Of a stretch of DNA of 64,000 nucleotides, positions 48,311 through 60,719 are shown one piece after another. The notes under the pieces are model-generated. The model saw nothing but the letters and a program-made list of their open reading frames with translations, was not told the DNA's origin and did no database searches. The stretch is from NCBI GenBank assembly GCA_963711065.1, contig CAVQCO010000004.1, positions 62,867 to 126,866 of the forward strand, in the 5' to 3' direction. The number at the start of each line of letters is the position of its first letter. The first letter of the stretch is position 1. The DNA comes from an uncultured Acidimicrobiaceae bacterium (GTDB taxonomy: Bacteria; Actinomycetota; Acidimicrobiia; Acidimicrobiales; RAAP-2). The position numbers and the translations under genes are program-made.

Positions 48311-49705
48311 GTGACTCAGGCAGGAGATCTCTGGACAAGGTGCACCGGTTCCCTCCGTGACCAGGTGTCCGAGAGCACGTGGCAGCTCTGGCTGTCCGGG
48401 ATCGAGCCCGTGGCCTTCTCCGAGGGCGTCTTCGTCCTGTCGGTTCCCAACGGCCTCATCCGCGAGCGGGTCGAATCGCGCTACCTCCCGATGATCGAGG
48501 ACACGCTGGCGAACGAGGTGGGCACCCCCGTGCGGGGCCGCCTCGAGGTCCAGGAGGCCGCCCCGCCCACTCCGTCGACCGGCCCCGACGAGCTCCTCGG
48601 CCTGCCGCCCGAGCCGGCCCGCGGCCCCCTGGCCGAGCCCGCCCCGGCGGGCAGGGCCGGGAAGGAGTCGCCGGCGGTCCAGCTCGATTCGAAGTTCACC
48701 TTCGAGACCTTCGTCGCCGCCTCGTCAAACCGCCTGGCCCATGCGGCGGCCCAGGCGGTGGCGGAGACGCCGGGCCGGTCCTACAACCCCCTCTTCATCT
48801 ACGGGGACTCCGGCCTGGGCAAGACCCACCTGCTGCACGCCATCGGCAACTACGTCACGGAGAACTATCCGCGGCGCAAGGTCCTCTACGTGACCACCGA
48901 GACCTTCATGAACGACTTCGTGGACTCCCTGCGCACCTCGACCACGCTGGCCTTCAAACGCCGCTACCGGGACTGCGACGTCCTGCTGATCGACGACGTC
49001 CAGTTCATGGAGCGCAAAGAGGGCCTCCAGGAGGAGTTCTTCCACACCTACAACGACCTCAAGGGCGCCTCCAAGCAGATCGTGCTCACCTCGGACCGCC
49101 CGCCCAAGTCGATCGAGACCCTGGAGGACCGGCTGCGCAGCCGCTTCCTCTCCGGGCTCATCACCGAGATCGACCCCCCGGACCTCGAGACCCGCCTGGC
49201 CATCCTGCGCTCCAAGTGCCTCAGCGAGCACCAGGACGTGCCCGACGACGTCCTCGAGTTCATCGCCTCCCACGTGAAGGACAACATCCGGGAGCTGGAG
49301 GGCGCGCTGATCCGCATCTGCGCCTTCGCCAAGCTCAACAAGGAGCCCATCTCCCTCGCCCAGGCCGAGCAGGTCCTCTCGGACCTTGTCCTGGCCGGCG
49401 AGCCGCGCCGGATCTCGCCCCCGATGATCCTCGACGCCGTCGCCGCCAGCTACGGCTTCTCCGTCGAGGCGCTCTGCGGGCCGAGCCGGACCCGCCCCCT
49501 CGTCACCGCCCGCCAGGTCGCCATGTACCTCACCCGCGAGCTCACCGACTACAGCTATCCCGCCATCGGCCGCGTCTTCGGCAAGCGGGACCACACGACC
49601 GTGATCCACGCGGTCGACAAGATCGCCGGCCAGATGCAGGAACGCCGGCAGATCTACGAGCAGGTCACCGAGTTGATCCAGAAGATCCGTGCGGGCTCGG
49701 CCTGA
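48311..49705 (+). CDS. dnaA: chromosomal replication initiator DnaA
   Basis: Domain I (WTRCTGSLRDQVSESTWQLWL), Walker A GDSGLGKTHLL and a C-terminal DnaA-box-binding domain. GTG 48311 is the most plausible start in ORF 47966..49705. Confidence 0.92.
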   Translation: MTQAGDLWTRCTGSLRDQVSESTWQLWLSGIEPVAFSEGVFVLSVPNGLIRERVESRYLPMIEDTLANEVGTPVRGRLEVQEAAPPTPSTGPDELLGLPPEPARGPLAEPAPAGRAGKESPAVQLDSKFTFETFVAASSNRLAHAAAQAVAETPGRSYNPLFIYGDSGLGKTHLLHAIGNYVTENYPRRKVLYVTTETFMNDFVDSLRTSTTLAFKRRYRDCDVLLIDDVQFMERKEGLQEEFFHTYNDLKGASKQIVLTSDRPPKSIETLEDRLRSRFLSGLITEIDPPDLETRLAILRSKCLSEHQDVPDDVLEFIASHVKDNIRELEGALIRICAFAKLNKEPISLAQAEQVLSDLVLAGEPRRISPPMILDAVAASYGFSVEALCGPSRTRPLVTARQVAMYLTRELTDYSYPAIGRVFGKRDHTTVIHAVDKIAGQMQERRQIYEQVTELIQKIRAGSA

Positions 49706-50005
49706 CGTCGCCGCCCCCCGCCCCGCCGTCCGCCGAGCTGTGGTTTGCCAGGGGCAAAGGCTGTGGGCCCGCCGGGCCCGGCCTGGGGACCACCGACCCG
49801 GTTGTCCCCAGCATCGTGCCGGCGGTCGGCGCCCCGCCTCCGGGCCCGCGCCCGGGCCTCCGCGGGGTGGGGACAGGTTTTGTCATTTCCAGCAGGCACG
49901 ACGCCATGTCGTCCACAATCCACAGCCCTTACTACCTTTACAAGTCACACATACCTCTTTCCCCGCTATGAGGGGCTGGGGAACCTCTCGAAAGGACAAC
50001 GGTCG
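49706..50005. other. probable oriC (dnaA-dnaN intergenic DnaA-box cluster plus AT-richer segment)
   Basis: Tandem boxes TCGTCCACA and CAATCCACA (49909-49924). TTGTCCCCA (49802-49810). TGGGGACAG (49868-49876) and TGGGGACCA (49784-49792) on the other strand. A lower-GC stretch at 49921-49965. Confidence 0.7.
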
Positions 50006-51124
50006 GTGAAGTTCAGATCAGAGCGCGACGCACTGGTCGAGATGCTGGCGACGGCCAGTCGTGCCGTCGGGGGGCGCGGCGGCTCCTCACCGGTGCTCCT
50101 GGGCCTGCTGCTCAGTTGCACGGGCAACTCGCTGTGCGTGACGGGGACGGACCTCGACCTGACGATCCAGGTGACCGACGAGGTCATCGGGATCGACGAG
50201 GGCAGTTGTGTCATTCCGGCACGGCTCTCGACCGACATCGTGCGCCGGCTCGAGCCCGGGGCGGTGACGTTCGCCGACGACGGCGACCACATCACCATTT
50301 CCGCCGCCCGTTCGACGTTCAAACTCCATACGTACCCCGTCGTCGAGTTCCCGCCGGTGGGCAAGACGAGCGATCCGATGACCCAGCTGTCCGAGGCGGC
50401 GCTGGCCGAGGCCGTGCGCCAGGTGGTGCGGGCGGCCTCGCACGACGAGGGCCGGCCGCTGTTGACGGGCGTCCTGGTGTCGCGGGTCGACGGCGTGCTC
50501 CGCATGGTTGCCACGGACTCGTACCGGATGGCGATGCGGGACCTGCCCGGGGCCAACACCATCCCGGGCGAGGAGGACCTCCTGGTGCCGGCCCGCGCGC
50601 TCTCCGAGCTCCAGCGCCTGCCGACGGGGACCATCTCGGAGGGCTCGGACACCGACAAGGTCGGCGTGGCCGCCAGCAGCAACGAGATCACGTTCTGGCA
50701 GGGGAACGTCCAGATCAGCACGCGGCTCCTGGAGGGCCGCTACCCGGACTACAAGCAGCTGATCCCCGACCACTACCCGAACCGGCTGCACCTCGGGAAG
50801 GAGACGTTCCTCGCCGCGCTGCGGCGGGTACAGCTGCTCGTCCGGGACAACACGACGCCGGTCCGTCTGGCCATGCGCTCGGGCGGCGTCGACCTCAGCG
50901 TGCAGAGCCAGGACGTCGGCGACGCCGCCGAGACGGTCGACGGCGACTACACCGGCGACGAGCTCATCATCGCCTTCAACCCCTCCTACCTGATCGACGG
51001 CGTCGAGGCGGTGGCGGGCGACGAGGTGATCGTCGAGACGGCGGACGCGTCGCGGGCCGCCACGGTCCGCGGCGCCGAGGACGACGCGTTCCGCTACCTC
51101 CTCATGCCGGTGCGGGTCTCCTGA
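50006..51124 (+). CDS. dnaN: DNA polymerase III beta sliding clamp
   Basis: VKFRSERDALVEMLATASRAV..; 372 aa from GTG 50006 in ORF 49745..51124. Confidence 0.93.
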   Translation: MKFRSERDALVEMLATASRAVGGRGGSSPVLLGLLLSCTGNSLCVTGTDLDLTIQVTDEVIGIDEGSCVIPARLSTDIVRRLEPGAVTFADDGDHITISAARSTFKLHTYPVVEFPPVGKTSDPMTQLSEAALAEAVRQVVRAASHDEGRPLLTGVLVSRVDGVLRMVATDSYRMAMRDLPGANTIPGEEDLLVPARALSELQRLPTGTISEGSDTDKVGVAASSNEITFWQGNVQISTRLLEGRYPDYKQLIPDHYPNRLHLGKETFLAALRRVQLLVRDNTTPVRLAMRSGGVDLSVQSQDVGDAAETVDGDYTGDELIIAFNPSYLIDGVEAVAGDEVIVETADASRAATVRGAEDDAFRYLLMPVRVS

Positions 51125-51140
51125 ACGGGCCGCGGTCGCG

Positions 51141-52220
51141 GTGAGCATCCGGCACCTGGAGCTGGCCGACTTCCGCATCTTCGGGGCGGCGCACATCGCG
51201 CCCGAGCCCGAGGGGACCACGGTGATCACCGGGCCCAACGGGACCGGGAAGACGAGCGTCCTGGAGGCGATCGCCTACCTAGGCACGCGGCGCTCCTTCC
51301 GCGGTGCGCCGCCCGAGGCGATGGTGCGCACCGGGACCGAGCGGGCCATCGTGCGGGCCCAGATCGACAACGCCGACAGCCCCACGCTCGTCGAGGCCGA
51401 GATCCTCCCCGTCGGCCGCAGCCGGACCCGGGTGAACCGCAAGGCGGTGGCCGGCCGCAAGGAGCTGGCGGCCGCCGCGCCCTGCACCGTCTTCTCGCCG
51501 GAGGACCTCGCCATCGTGAGCGGAGGCCCGAAGGGCCGCCGCGACCTCCTCGACGACGCACTGGCCCTGCTCGACACCGAGGGGGCACGGGCGGCCGACG
51601 AGACCGAGCGCGTGCTGCGCCAACGGGCCGCGCTGCTGCGCCAGTCGGGCGGGCGGGCCGGCGCGGACGTCACCGCCACCCTCGAGGTGTGGGACCAGCG
51701 CCTGGCCGACGCGGGCAAGGTGCTCGTGGCGGCCCGCGAGCGCCTGGTGGCCGACCTGGCGCCGCTCGTCGGGGCGGCCTACAGCCGCCTGGCCGGCGCG
51801 GGCGGGCGGGACCTGGTCGACCAGGCCTACGAGCGCAGTTGGGACGGCGAGCTGCTCGATGCGCTCGCCGCCAGCCGCACCGACGACCTGCGCCGGGGGG
51901 TCAACACCGTCGGCCCGCACCGCGACGACCTGCGCCTGGCGGTCGAGGGCCGCGAGGCCCGCACCCACGCCTCCCAGGGGGAGCAGCGCTGCCTGATCCT
52001 GGCCCTGCGCCTGGGCGTGCACGAGCTGGTGCGGGTGCGCACGCCTCTCGTGCCGACCCTGCTCCTCGACGACGTCTTCTCCGAGCTCGACCCGGACCGC
52101 AGCCAGGCCCTGGTGGCCGAGCTGCCGGCGGGCCAGTCGCTCCTCACCACGGCGGCACCGCTGCCCCCGGGGATCGAGGTGGCCGAGATCCTGCCCGTCG
52201 CGAGCCTGGTGGAGCCGTGA
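51141..52220 (+). CDS. recF: DNA replication/repair protein RecF
   Basis: Walker A GPNGTGKTS, SMC-like signature and Walker B LLLDDV. Confidence 0.92.
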   Translation: MSIRHLELADFRIFGAAHIAPEPEGTTVITGPNGTGKTSVLEAIAYLGTRRSFRGAPPEAMVRTGTERAIVRAQIDNADSPTLVEAEILPVGRSRTRVNRKAVAGRKELAAAAPCTVFSPEDLAIVSGGPKGRRDLLDDALALLDTEGARAADETERVLRQRAALLRQSGGRAGADVTATLEVWDQRLADAGKVLVAARERLVADLAPLVGAAYSRLAGAGGRDLVDQAYERSWDGELLDALAASRTDDLRRGVNTVGPHRDDLRLAVEGREARTHASQGEQRCLILALRLGVHELVRVRTPLVPTLLLDDVFSELDPDRSQALVAELPAGQSLLTTAAPLPPGIEVAEILPVASLVEP

Positions 52221-52528
52221 GCGAGCGCCCCGGGTCCGGGCCGCGCCCGGTGGCCGCCTCCATCCCCCGGCTGCTCGGGCGGCTGGGCGCGTCGGCGACC
52301 CCGGCCACCATGGAGGCCGTCTTCGCCCGCTGGGAGGAGCTCGTCGGCGCGGAGTTGGCCGGTCACACGCGCCCGCTGCGCGTCGACGGGCGCGCGCTCG
52401 TCGTGGCGGTGGACCACCCCGCCTGGGCCACCCGGGCCCGGATGGAGGCGGGGGCGATCCTGGATCGTCTGCGGGCGGCCGGGGAGAGCCCGATCGAGCG
52501 GTTGGAGGTCGTGATCGAGCGCGCCTGA
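52217..52528 (+). CDS. DUF721 (DciA-like) protein
   Basis: 103 aa from GTG 52217, overlapping the recF TGA. Conserved position between recF and gyrB. Confidence 0.78.
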   Translation: MSERPGSGPRPVAASIPRLLGRLGASATPATMEAVFARWEELVGAELAGHTRPLRVDGRALVVAVDHPAWATRARMEAGAILDRLRAAGESPIERLEVVIERA

Positions 52529-52590
52529 CGGCCCCGCCACGCGCCGTGCCAGGGACCGTTCATGAGTGCCGAATTGTGACGCCCGTCGGG

Positions 52591-52596
52591 TAGAAT
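52591..52596 (+). promoter_or_regulatory. candidate gyrB -10 element
   Basis: gggTAGAAT with TGCCGA 18 nt upstream; 85 nt before the gyrB start. Confidence 0.3.
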
Positions 52597-52669
52597 GGTG
52601 TGTTCGTATCGAAAGGCCGGAGGTCACCGTTCGGGGATTCGATACGCACCGCGAAGACCGTCGTTCTGA

Positions 52670-54647
<1,978 letters not shown>

Positions 54648-54673
54648 GCGCGCGGACGAGGAGTAGGGAGCAC

Positions 54674-57185
54674 ATGCCACGTCAGACCACACGCGGCTCG
54701 GGCCGCGGGGGAGCGGGCTCGGGTGGGGGCAACGACACCCCGCCGGGCGACGACGAGCCCGTCAGCGGGTCGATCGAGCCCATCGAGATCCAAGAGGAGA
54801 TGGAGCGCTCGTTCCTCGAGTACTCCATGTCGGTCATCGTCGCCCGCGCCCTGCCCGACGTGCGCGACGGGCTCAAGCCCGTGCACCGCCGGATCCTCTA
54901 CTCCATGTACGACAACGGGCAGCGCCCCGACCGGCCCACACAGCAAGTGCGCCAAGGTCGTGGGCGAGGTCATGGGGACCTACCACCCGCACGGCGACTC
55001 GGCGATCTACGAGGCGCTGGCCCGCATGGTGCAGGAGTTCTCGCTCCGCTACCCGCTGATCGACGGCCACGGCAGCTTCGGGGGCCGCGGCCCCGACGAC
55101 GGCGCGGCGGCCATGCGGTACACCGAGTGCCGCCTCGCCCCGCTCGCCCTCGAGCTGATGGCGGACATCGACGAAGAGACCGTCGACATGGTCGCCAACT
55201 ACGACGGCTCGGCCCAGGAGCCGGTGGTGCTGCCGGCGCGCTTCCCCAACCTCCTCGTCAACGGGTCCCAGGGCATTGCGGTGGGCATGGCGACGAACGT
55301 CCCGCCGCACAACATGGGCGAGGTGATCGACGCCGCGATCCACGTGCTGCACCACCCCGAGGCCACGCCCGACGAGCTCATGGAGTTCGTGAAGGGCCCC
55401 GACTTCCCCACCGGCGCCCAGATCCTGGGGCGCCAGGGCATCCTCGACGCGTACCGCACGGGACGTGGGTCGATAAAGATGCGTGCCGTCGCCGAGATCG
55501 AGGAAGGCCGCGTCGGCGACCGCATCGTGGTGACCGAGCTGCCGTACCAGACCTCGGTCGAGGTGATCGAGCAGAAGATCACCGAGCTCGTGCGCTCCGG
55601 CGACCTCGACGGGATCAGCGAACTGCGCAACGCGTCGGCCAACCAGGAGCCGCGCCTCGTCATCGAGCTCAAGCGCGACGCCAACGCCAACGTGGTCCTG
55701 AACAACCTCTACAAGCAGACGCCGCTGCAGACCAGCTTCGGCGTGAACATGCTGGCGCTCGTCGACAGCGTGCCGCGCACGCTCAACCTGGCCCAGGCGC
55801 TCTCGCACTACATCGACCACCAGATCGAGGTGATCCGGCGTCGTTCCGAGTTCCGCCTGGAGAAGGCGCGCAACCGGGCCCACATCGTCGAGGGCCTCCT
55901 GCGCGCCATCGACATGCTCGACGCCGTCATCGCGACCATCCGGGCGTCGGCCGATCGCCCCGAGGCCCGCACCGCCCTGATGGCCGAGCCGTTCTCCTTC
56001 ACCGAGGTGCAGGCGACGCACATCCTCGACATGACGCTGGGCCGGCTCACCCGCCTCGGCCGCTCCGAGCTGGAGGAGGAGATGACGCAGCTGCGCGCCA
56101 CGATCGCCGAGCTCGAGGCGATCCTCTCCGACGAGGGCAAGCTGCGCGGCGTCATCGAGACGGAGATGACCGCGATCCGGGACAAGTACGCCAACCCGCG
56201 CCGGAGCGTGATCACCCACGACCCGGGCGAGATGGGCGTCGAGGACCTCATCTCCGACGAGGAGATCGTCGTGACCATGACGCAGGCCGGGTACATCAAG
56301 TCGGTGGCGGCGGCCGCCTTCCGGACCCAGGGCCGCGGTGGGCGGGGCGTGCAGGGGGCGCGGCTGAAGGAAGAGGACCTCGTCCGGGAGGTGGTGCACA
56401 CCACGACCCACACCTACCTGCTCCTGTTCTCGAACCAGGGCAAGGTGTACCGGCTGCGCGGCCACGAGATCCCGATGAAGGAACGCACGGCGCGCGGCAC
56501 GGCCGCGGTGAACCTGGTGCCGCTGGCGCCGAACGAGTCGATCACGGCGATCATCGCCACGCGCGAGTTCTCGCCCGACCAGTACCTCGTGTTCGCCACG
56601 GCGCACGGTCAGGTGAAGAAGACCGCCATGAGCGAGTACGACAAGTCGCGCCGCGAGGGCTTCATCGCCATCAACCTGCGCGACGGCGACGAACTGGTGC
56701 GGGTGGTGGCGACGTCGGGCCACGACGACCTCTTCGAGGTCACGCGCAACGGCATGACCATCCGCTTCAACGAGGAGGACGTCCGGGCGATGGGCCGCGA
56801 CGCGGCCGGTGTGCGCGGCATCCGCCTGCGCCAGGGCGACGTCGTCGTGTCCTGTGACGTGGCGGCCGACGACACGGACATCCTGATCGTCACCGACGCC
56901 GGCTACGGCAAGCGGACGAAGCTCGAGCGGTTCAACCGTCAGGCGCGGGGCGGGCAGGGTGTGCGCGGGATCCGCCTGACCGGGACCCGGGGGACGGTGG
57001 TGGCGGCGTTCATGGTCGCCCTGGACGAGGAGATCCTCCTGGTGTCCTCGGGCGGCGTGGTCATCCGCACCGCGGCCCGCGAGATCGCCTCGCAGGGACG
57101 CGACGCCACCGGGGTGCGGGTCATGAACCTCGACGACGGGCAGAGCGTGGCGGCCGTGGCCCGGGTCGCGGCCGACGAGGACTGA
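54674..57185 (+). pseudogene. gyrA: DNA gyrase subunit A, frameshifted near the N-terminus
   Basis: ATG 54674 gives ..[22 protein letters not shown]. It then continues as [27 protein letters not shown] in the frame of ORF 54723..57185. There is an extra nt near 54938 and the length is 3n+1. Confidence 0.92.
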
Positions 57186-57225
57186 GCGACCGAGGACTCC
57201 CCGCTGAGCGGGACCCGACCCAGGA

Positions 57226-57924
57226 TCAGAAGAAGCGCAGTGAGGTCAGCGGCCACACGCGCACCTCGACCTTGCCGACGATGAGCGACTTGGGGATCGG
57301 GCCCCAGTAGCGGCTGTCGCACGAGTCGGTGCGGTTGTCGCCCATGACGAAGTAGTCGTTGGCCGGGACGCGGTAGGGGTGCGCGAGGTTGGCGGCGTTG
57401 CCGTCCGGCCCCGGGGTCGTGATGCCCTGCTCCGAGGCCGGGAGCCAGTTCTCGTCCAGTTTCTTGCCGTCGATGTAGACGTGACCCCCCGACAGCGACA
57501 TGACGTCGCCCGGCAGCCCCACGACCCGCTTCACGAGGTCGTTCACCTCGGGGCCGCCGCAGTTCTCCGCCGGCGGCCGCGAGAACACGACGATGTCGCC
57601 CCGGTCGACGCCGTGCAGGTGGTAGCTCAACTTGTTGACGAGGATGCGGTCGCCGATCTGCAACGTGGGCAGCATGGAGCCCGACGGGATGAAGAAGGTC
57701 TGCACCACGAAGGTGCGCAAGAGGACGGCCACCAGGACGGCGACCACGACCACGATGATCGCCTCGCGGATCCACCGGCCGGTGGTGGCGCGGGGCGGGA
57801 CCGGCCCGGGCGGGGTCTCGGTCTCGGCCCCGGGTGGGGCGTCCCCTGGAGTGCCGCCCGCCGGACTTCCGTCGGCCGGGGGCTCGTCGACGGCGACCGC
57901 CGGGTCGTTCGGATCAGGCGTCAC
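57226..57924 (-). CDS. lepB: signal peptidase I
   Basis: TM anchor, catalytic-Ser box IPSGSMLPTL and Lys box (GDNRTDSCDSRYWG). Confidence 0.88.
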   Translation of the reverse strand: MTPDPNDPAVAVDEPPADGSPAGGTPGDAPPGAETETPPGPVPPRATTGRWIREAIIVVVVAVLVAVLLRTFVVQTFFIPSGSMLPTLQIGDRILVNKLSYHLHGVDRGDIVVFSRPPAENCGGPEVNDLVKRVVGLPGDVMSLSGGHVYIDGKKLDENWLPASEQGITTPGPDGNAANLAHPYRVPANDYFVMGDNRTDSCDSRYWGPIPKSLIVGKVEVRVWPLTSLRFF

Positions 57925-57961
57925 CGGAAGCAGGCTAGACGGCGGGGCGGGTGACGGGGTC

Positions 57962-59689
57962 TCAGGCGGGGACCGGCACCACGGAGGTGGTGTCGCGGCC
58001 GGAGCGCAGCAGGCTGCCCGGCAACGCGCCGGTGGGCGCGCCGTCGCGGACCGTCTCGATGCCGTTGACCAGGACCCGCACGACGCCGTGGGAGCCGGCG
58101 TAGAGCCGCGGCGTCCCTCCCGGCAGGTCGTGTACGAGCCGGGCCGGTTCGGAGCCCACGGTGGCGGGGTCGAAGACGAAGAGGTCGGCGGCGTAGCCCT
58201 CTTGGACGAGGCCGCGCCCGCGCAGGCCGAAGAGGTCCGCCGGCTGGCCGGTCATCATGTGCACGGCGGTCTCGACCGGCACGAGCTTGCGGCCGCGCAG
58301 GCAGTCGCCGAGGAAGGCCGTCGGGTAGTTGGAGCCGCACATGCGGTCGAGGTGCGCGCCGGCATCGGAGCCGCCGACCATGGCGCGCGGATCGCTCCAG
58401 ATCGCGGCCCGCATGGCCCACGTGCTCTCGTCGCCGTCGTCGGTGTTCGGCCACAGCACCGTGCGCAGGTCGTCGGCCAGGACGATGTCGAGCAACGTGT
58501 CGAACGGGGCGGTGCCGCGCTCGGCCGCGATGTCGGCCACGGTGCGGAACGCGCAGCCGTCGTTCTCCGGGGCGTAGGTGTCGCCGATCACGTAGGTGCC
58601 CCAGTGCGACAGCCCGCGGAAGACGCCGGCCTCCTTGCTGTGGACGCGCTCGTCCAGCAGGGCGCGGACGGCGGGATCGGCCAGCTGCCTCTTCCGCTCC
58701 GCCGCGGGGAGGCCCATGACCTCACCCCACCCGGGGATCAGGAAGAGCGCGCAGTGGGTGCGGAAGCTCATGTTCATCGGGACGAGCGTCGGCATGATGA
58801 GGGCCACGATGCGCCCGCCGGCCTCGGCGGCGGCGGACGAGGCGGCGAGCTGGTGCTCGATCCGGTCGGAGGACCGCGCGTCGACGGTCAGGACGTTCCA
58901 GTTGAGGGGCCGACGGGCCGTGACGCTCATGGTCGTCATGAGGTCCACCTCCTCGGGGCTGAACGAGTCCAGGCAGCCGTTGGTGATGTACTCGAGCGTG
59001 GTGCCCTCGTGCGCCGCCACCTCCTCGCAGAAGGCGAGCATCTCGCGCCGGTCCGCGAAGCGCGAGCTGATGGGCCGGCCGTCCCCGTCGGAATGGGTGC
59101 GCGACTGCGAGGACGAGAAGCCCAGGCCGCCCGCCCGGAGCGACTCGGCCAACAGCGCCCGCATGGCTGCGATCTCCTCGTCGGTCGCCACCTCCTCGCC
59201 CCGGTCGGCGCCCATGACCTTGCGGCGCAGCGCGCAGTGGCCCACCAGGAAGCCCGCGTTGACGCCCAGCCGGCCCTCGAGCGCGTCCAGGTACTCGGCG
59301 AAGGTGGACCAGGTCCAGGGGACGCCGTTCTCGAGGGCGGCCAGCGGCATGCCCTCGACCTTGGCCATCATCTGGCGGATGTAGTCGGCGTCCTCGGCGT
59401 TGAGGGGGGCGAGGGTGAAGCCACAATTGCCGCCGACGACGGTCGTCACGCCGTGCACGTTGGACGGCGAGGCCGACGGGTCCCAGAAGAGCTGCGCGTC
59501 GTAGTGCGTGTGCGGGTCGATGACCCCGGGCGCCACCATGAGGCCGGCGGCGTCCAGCTCGGTCGCCCCGGACTCCTCGACATGCCCCACCGCGACGACC
59601 CTGCCGTCGCGGATCCCGACGTCGGCCTGGCGGCCGGGCCCGCCGGTGCCGTCGAGGAGCGTCGCCGAACGGATGACGTAGTCGAGCAT
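57962..59689 (-). CDS. N-acyl-D-amino-acid deacylase (D-aminoacylase) family amidohydrolase
   Basis: 575 aa. Contains DGTGGP..IRDGRVVAVG..APGVIDPHTHYD. Confidence 0.83.
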   Translation of the reverse strand: MLDYVIRSATLLDGTGGPGRQADVGIRDGRVVAVGHVEESGATELDAAGLMVAPGVIDPHTHYDAQLFWDPSASPSNVHGVTTVVGGNCGFTLAPLNAEDADYIRQMMAKVEGMPLAALENGVPWTWSTFAEYLDALEGRLGVNAGFLVGHCALRRKVMGADRGEEVATDEEIAAMRALLAESLRAGGLGFSSSQSRTHSDGDGRPISSRFADRREMLAFCEEVAAHEGTTLEYITNGCLDSFSPEEVDLMTTMSVTARRPLNWNVLTVDARSSDRIEHQLAASSAAAEAGGRIVALIMPTLVPMNMSFRTHCALFLIPGWGEVMGLPAAERKRQLADPAVRALLDERVHSKEAGVFRGLSHWGTYVIGDTYAPENDGCAFRTVADIAAERGTAPFDTLLDIVLADDLRTVLWPNTDDGDESTWAMRAAIWSDPRAMVGGSDAGAHLDRMCGSNYPTAFLGDCLRGRKLVPVETAVHMMTGQPADLFGLRGRGLVQEGYAADLFVFDPATVGSEPARLVHDLPGGTPRLYAGSHGVVRVLVNGIETVRDGAPTGALPGSLLRSGRDTTSVVPVPA

Positions 59690-59782
59690 GGAACCTCCGG
59701 AGGGTGCCCCGCGCCGACGTGGGCGCCGGGGATCTGACGACCCGTCAGCTTACCGTCGTGCCGGCCGGCAGCCCCGGGGCGC

Positions 59783-60382
59783 TCAGCCCAGCCAGTCCCG
59801 CACGGCGGGGATGCCGCCCTCCTGGTACTGCTGGACGATGGCGGCGCGGATCTGCTGGAGGCGCCGCTCGACGGCCTGGTGCCGCTCGGTCAGCTCGATC
59901 AGCTGCCCCTCGAACTCGGCGAGGAGCCGGGTCACCTCCTCGGGTGAGGACAGGTCGGCGAACGCCATCTGCTCGTGCGCGGCCACGAGCCGGTCCGAGC
60001 GGGTGAAGACGCCGAGGTCGAGGTCGTCGAGGGCGTCGAGCCCCCGCGGCCCCGACCACCCCTCGCCCCACGTGCGCGTGGTGACGACGGTGGGGAGCTC
60101 GCCGACGACCGCCTGCTGTTCGGCTCCGTTTCCGGACAGGCAGCGGCGGAGGATCGCCACGTCTCCGGCCAGGATCTCCCGGGCGTAGGCCAGCGACTCG
60201 AGGGCCAGCGTCAGCTCCTCGCGCCAGACACGGATGGGCGGCCGGCCCCGGAGGCGCTCCACGACCGCCGACTCCACGAGCACCCGGTCGATATCGGCGA
60301 GCAGGATGGGGCGCTCCTCGGGCGAGCGCTCCCCTGCCCCGCTCTGGTCGTCCTCGTGCGCGTGCGCGTGCGCTGCTGGCAC
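59783..60382 (-). CDS. hypothetical coiled-coil protein
   Basis: 199 aa from GTG 60382 (VPAAHAHAHEDD..). The upstream part of ORF 59783..60697 is Arg-rich and looks non-coding. Confidence 0.45.
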   Translation of the reverse strand: MPAAHAHAHEDDQSGAGERSPEERPILLADIDRVLVESAVVERLRGRPPIRVWREELTLALESLAYAREILAGDVAILRRCLSGNGAEQQAVVGELPTVVTTRTWGEGWSGPRGLDALDDLDLGVFTRSDRLVAAHEQMAFADLSSPEEVTRLLAEFEGQLIELTERHQAVERRLQQIRAAIVQQYQEGGIPAVRDWLG

Positions 60383-60719
60383 GGGATCAATTCCCCTTTC
60401 CCACCGTCTCGGAGCTACTCGAGCCGACCCTCGTTCAGAAACTATGTACCACGGGTGCGACGGCAGTAAGGGGTGGTCCGGCCCTATTTCTGGGGTTCTT
60501 TCGGCCCGGTCAGGCCGGGGCGTCGACCGTCGGTCGGTGGTCGTCCTGTGGACAACGGGTCCGTTCCTACCAAACCCCCGTTTGGGTGCGCTCGTCCCCA
60601 AGTCATCCACAGCCTGTGCCCGAAAGGGTCGCCGTCGACCGTCTTTCGTGTGGCCCCGCCACGTGCTTTGCTCTGTTCGTGCAGGCAGAACGACCACGCG
60701 CCGTCCCCGGGCGGCCGCG

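Noticed and set aside
59783-60382. Possible RsiG-type c-di-GMP-binding anti-sigma factor, because of the helical C-terminus (..ELTERHQAVERRLQQIRAAIV..).
   Set aside because: The defining E-x3-S-x2-R-x3-Q-x3-D motif cannot be aligned in either helix, so it is kept as hypothetical.
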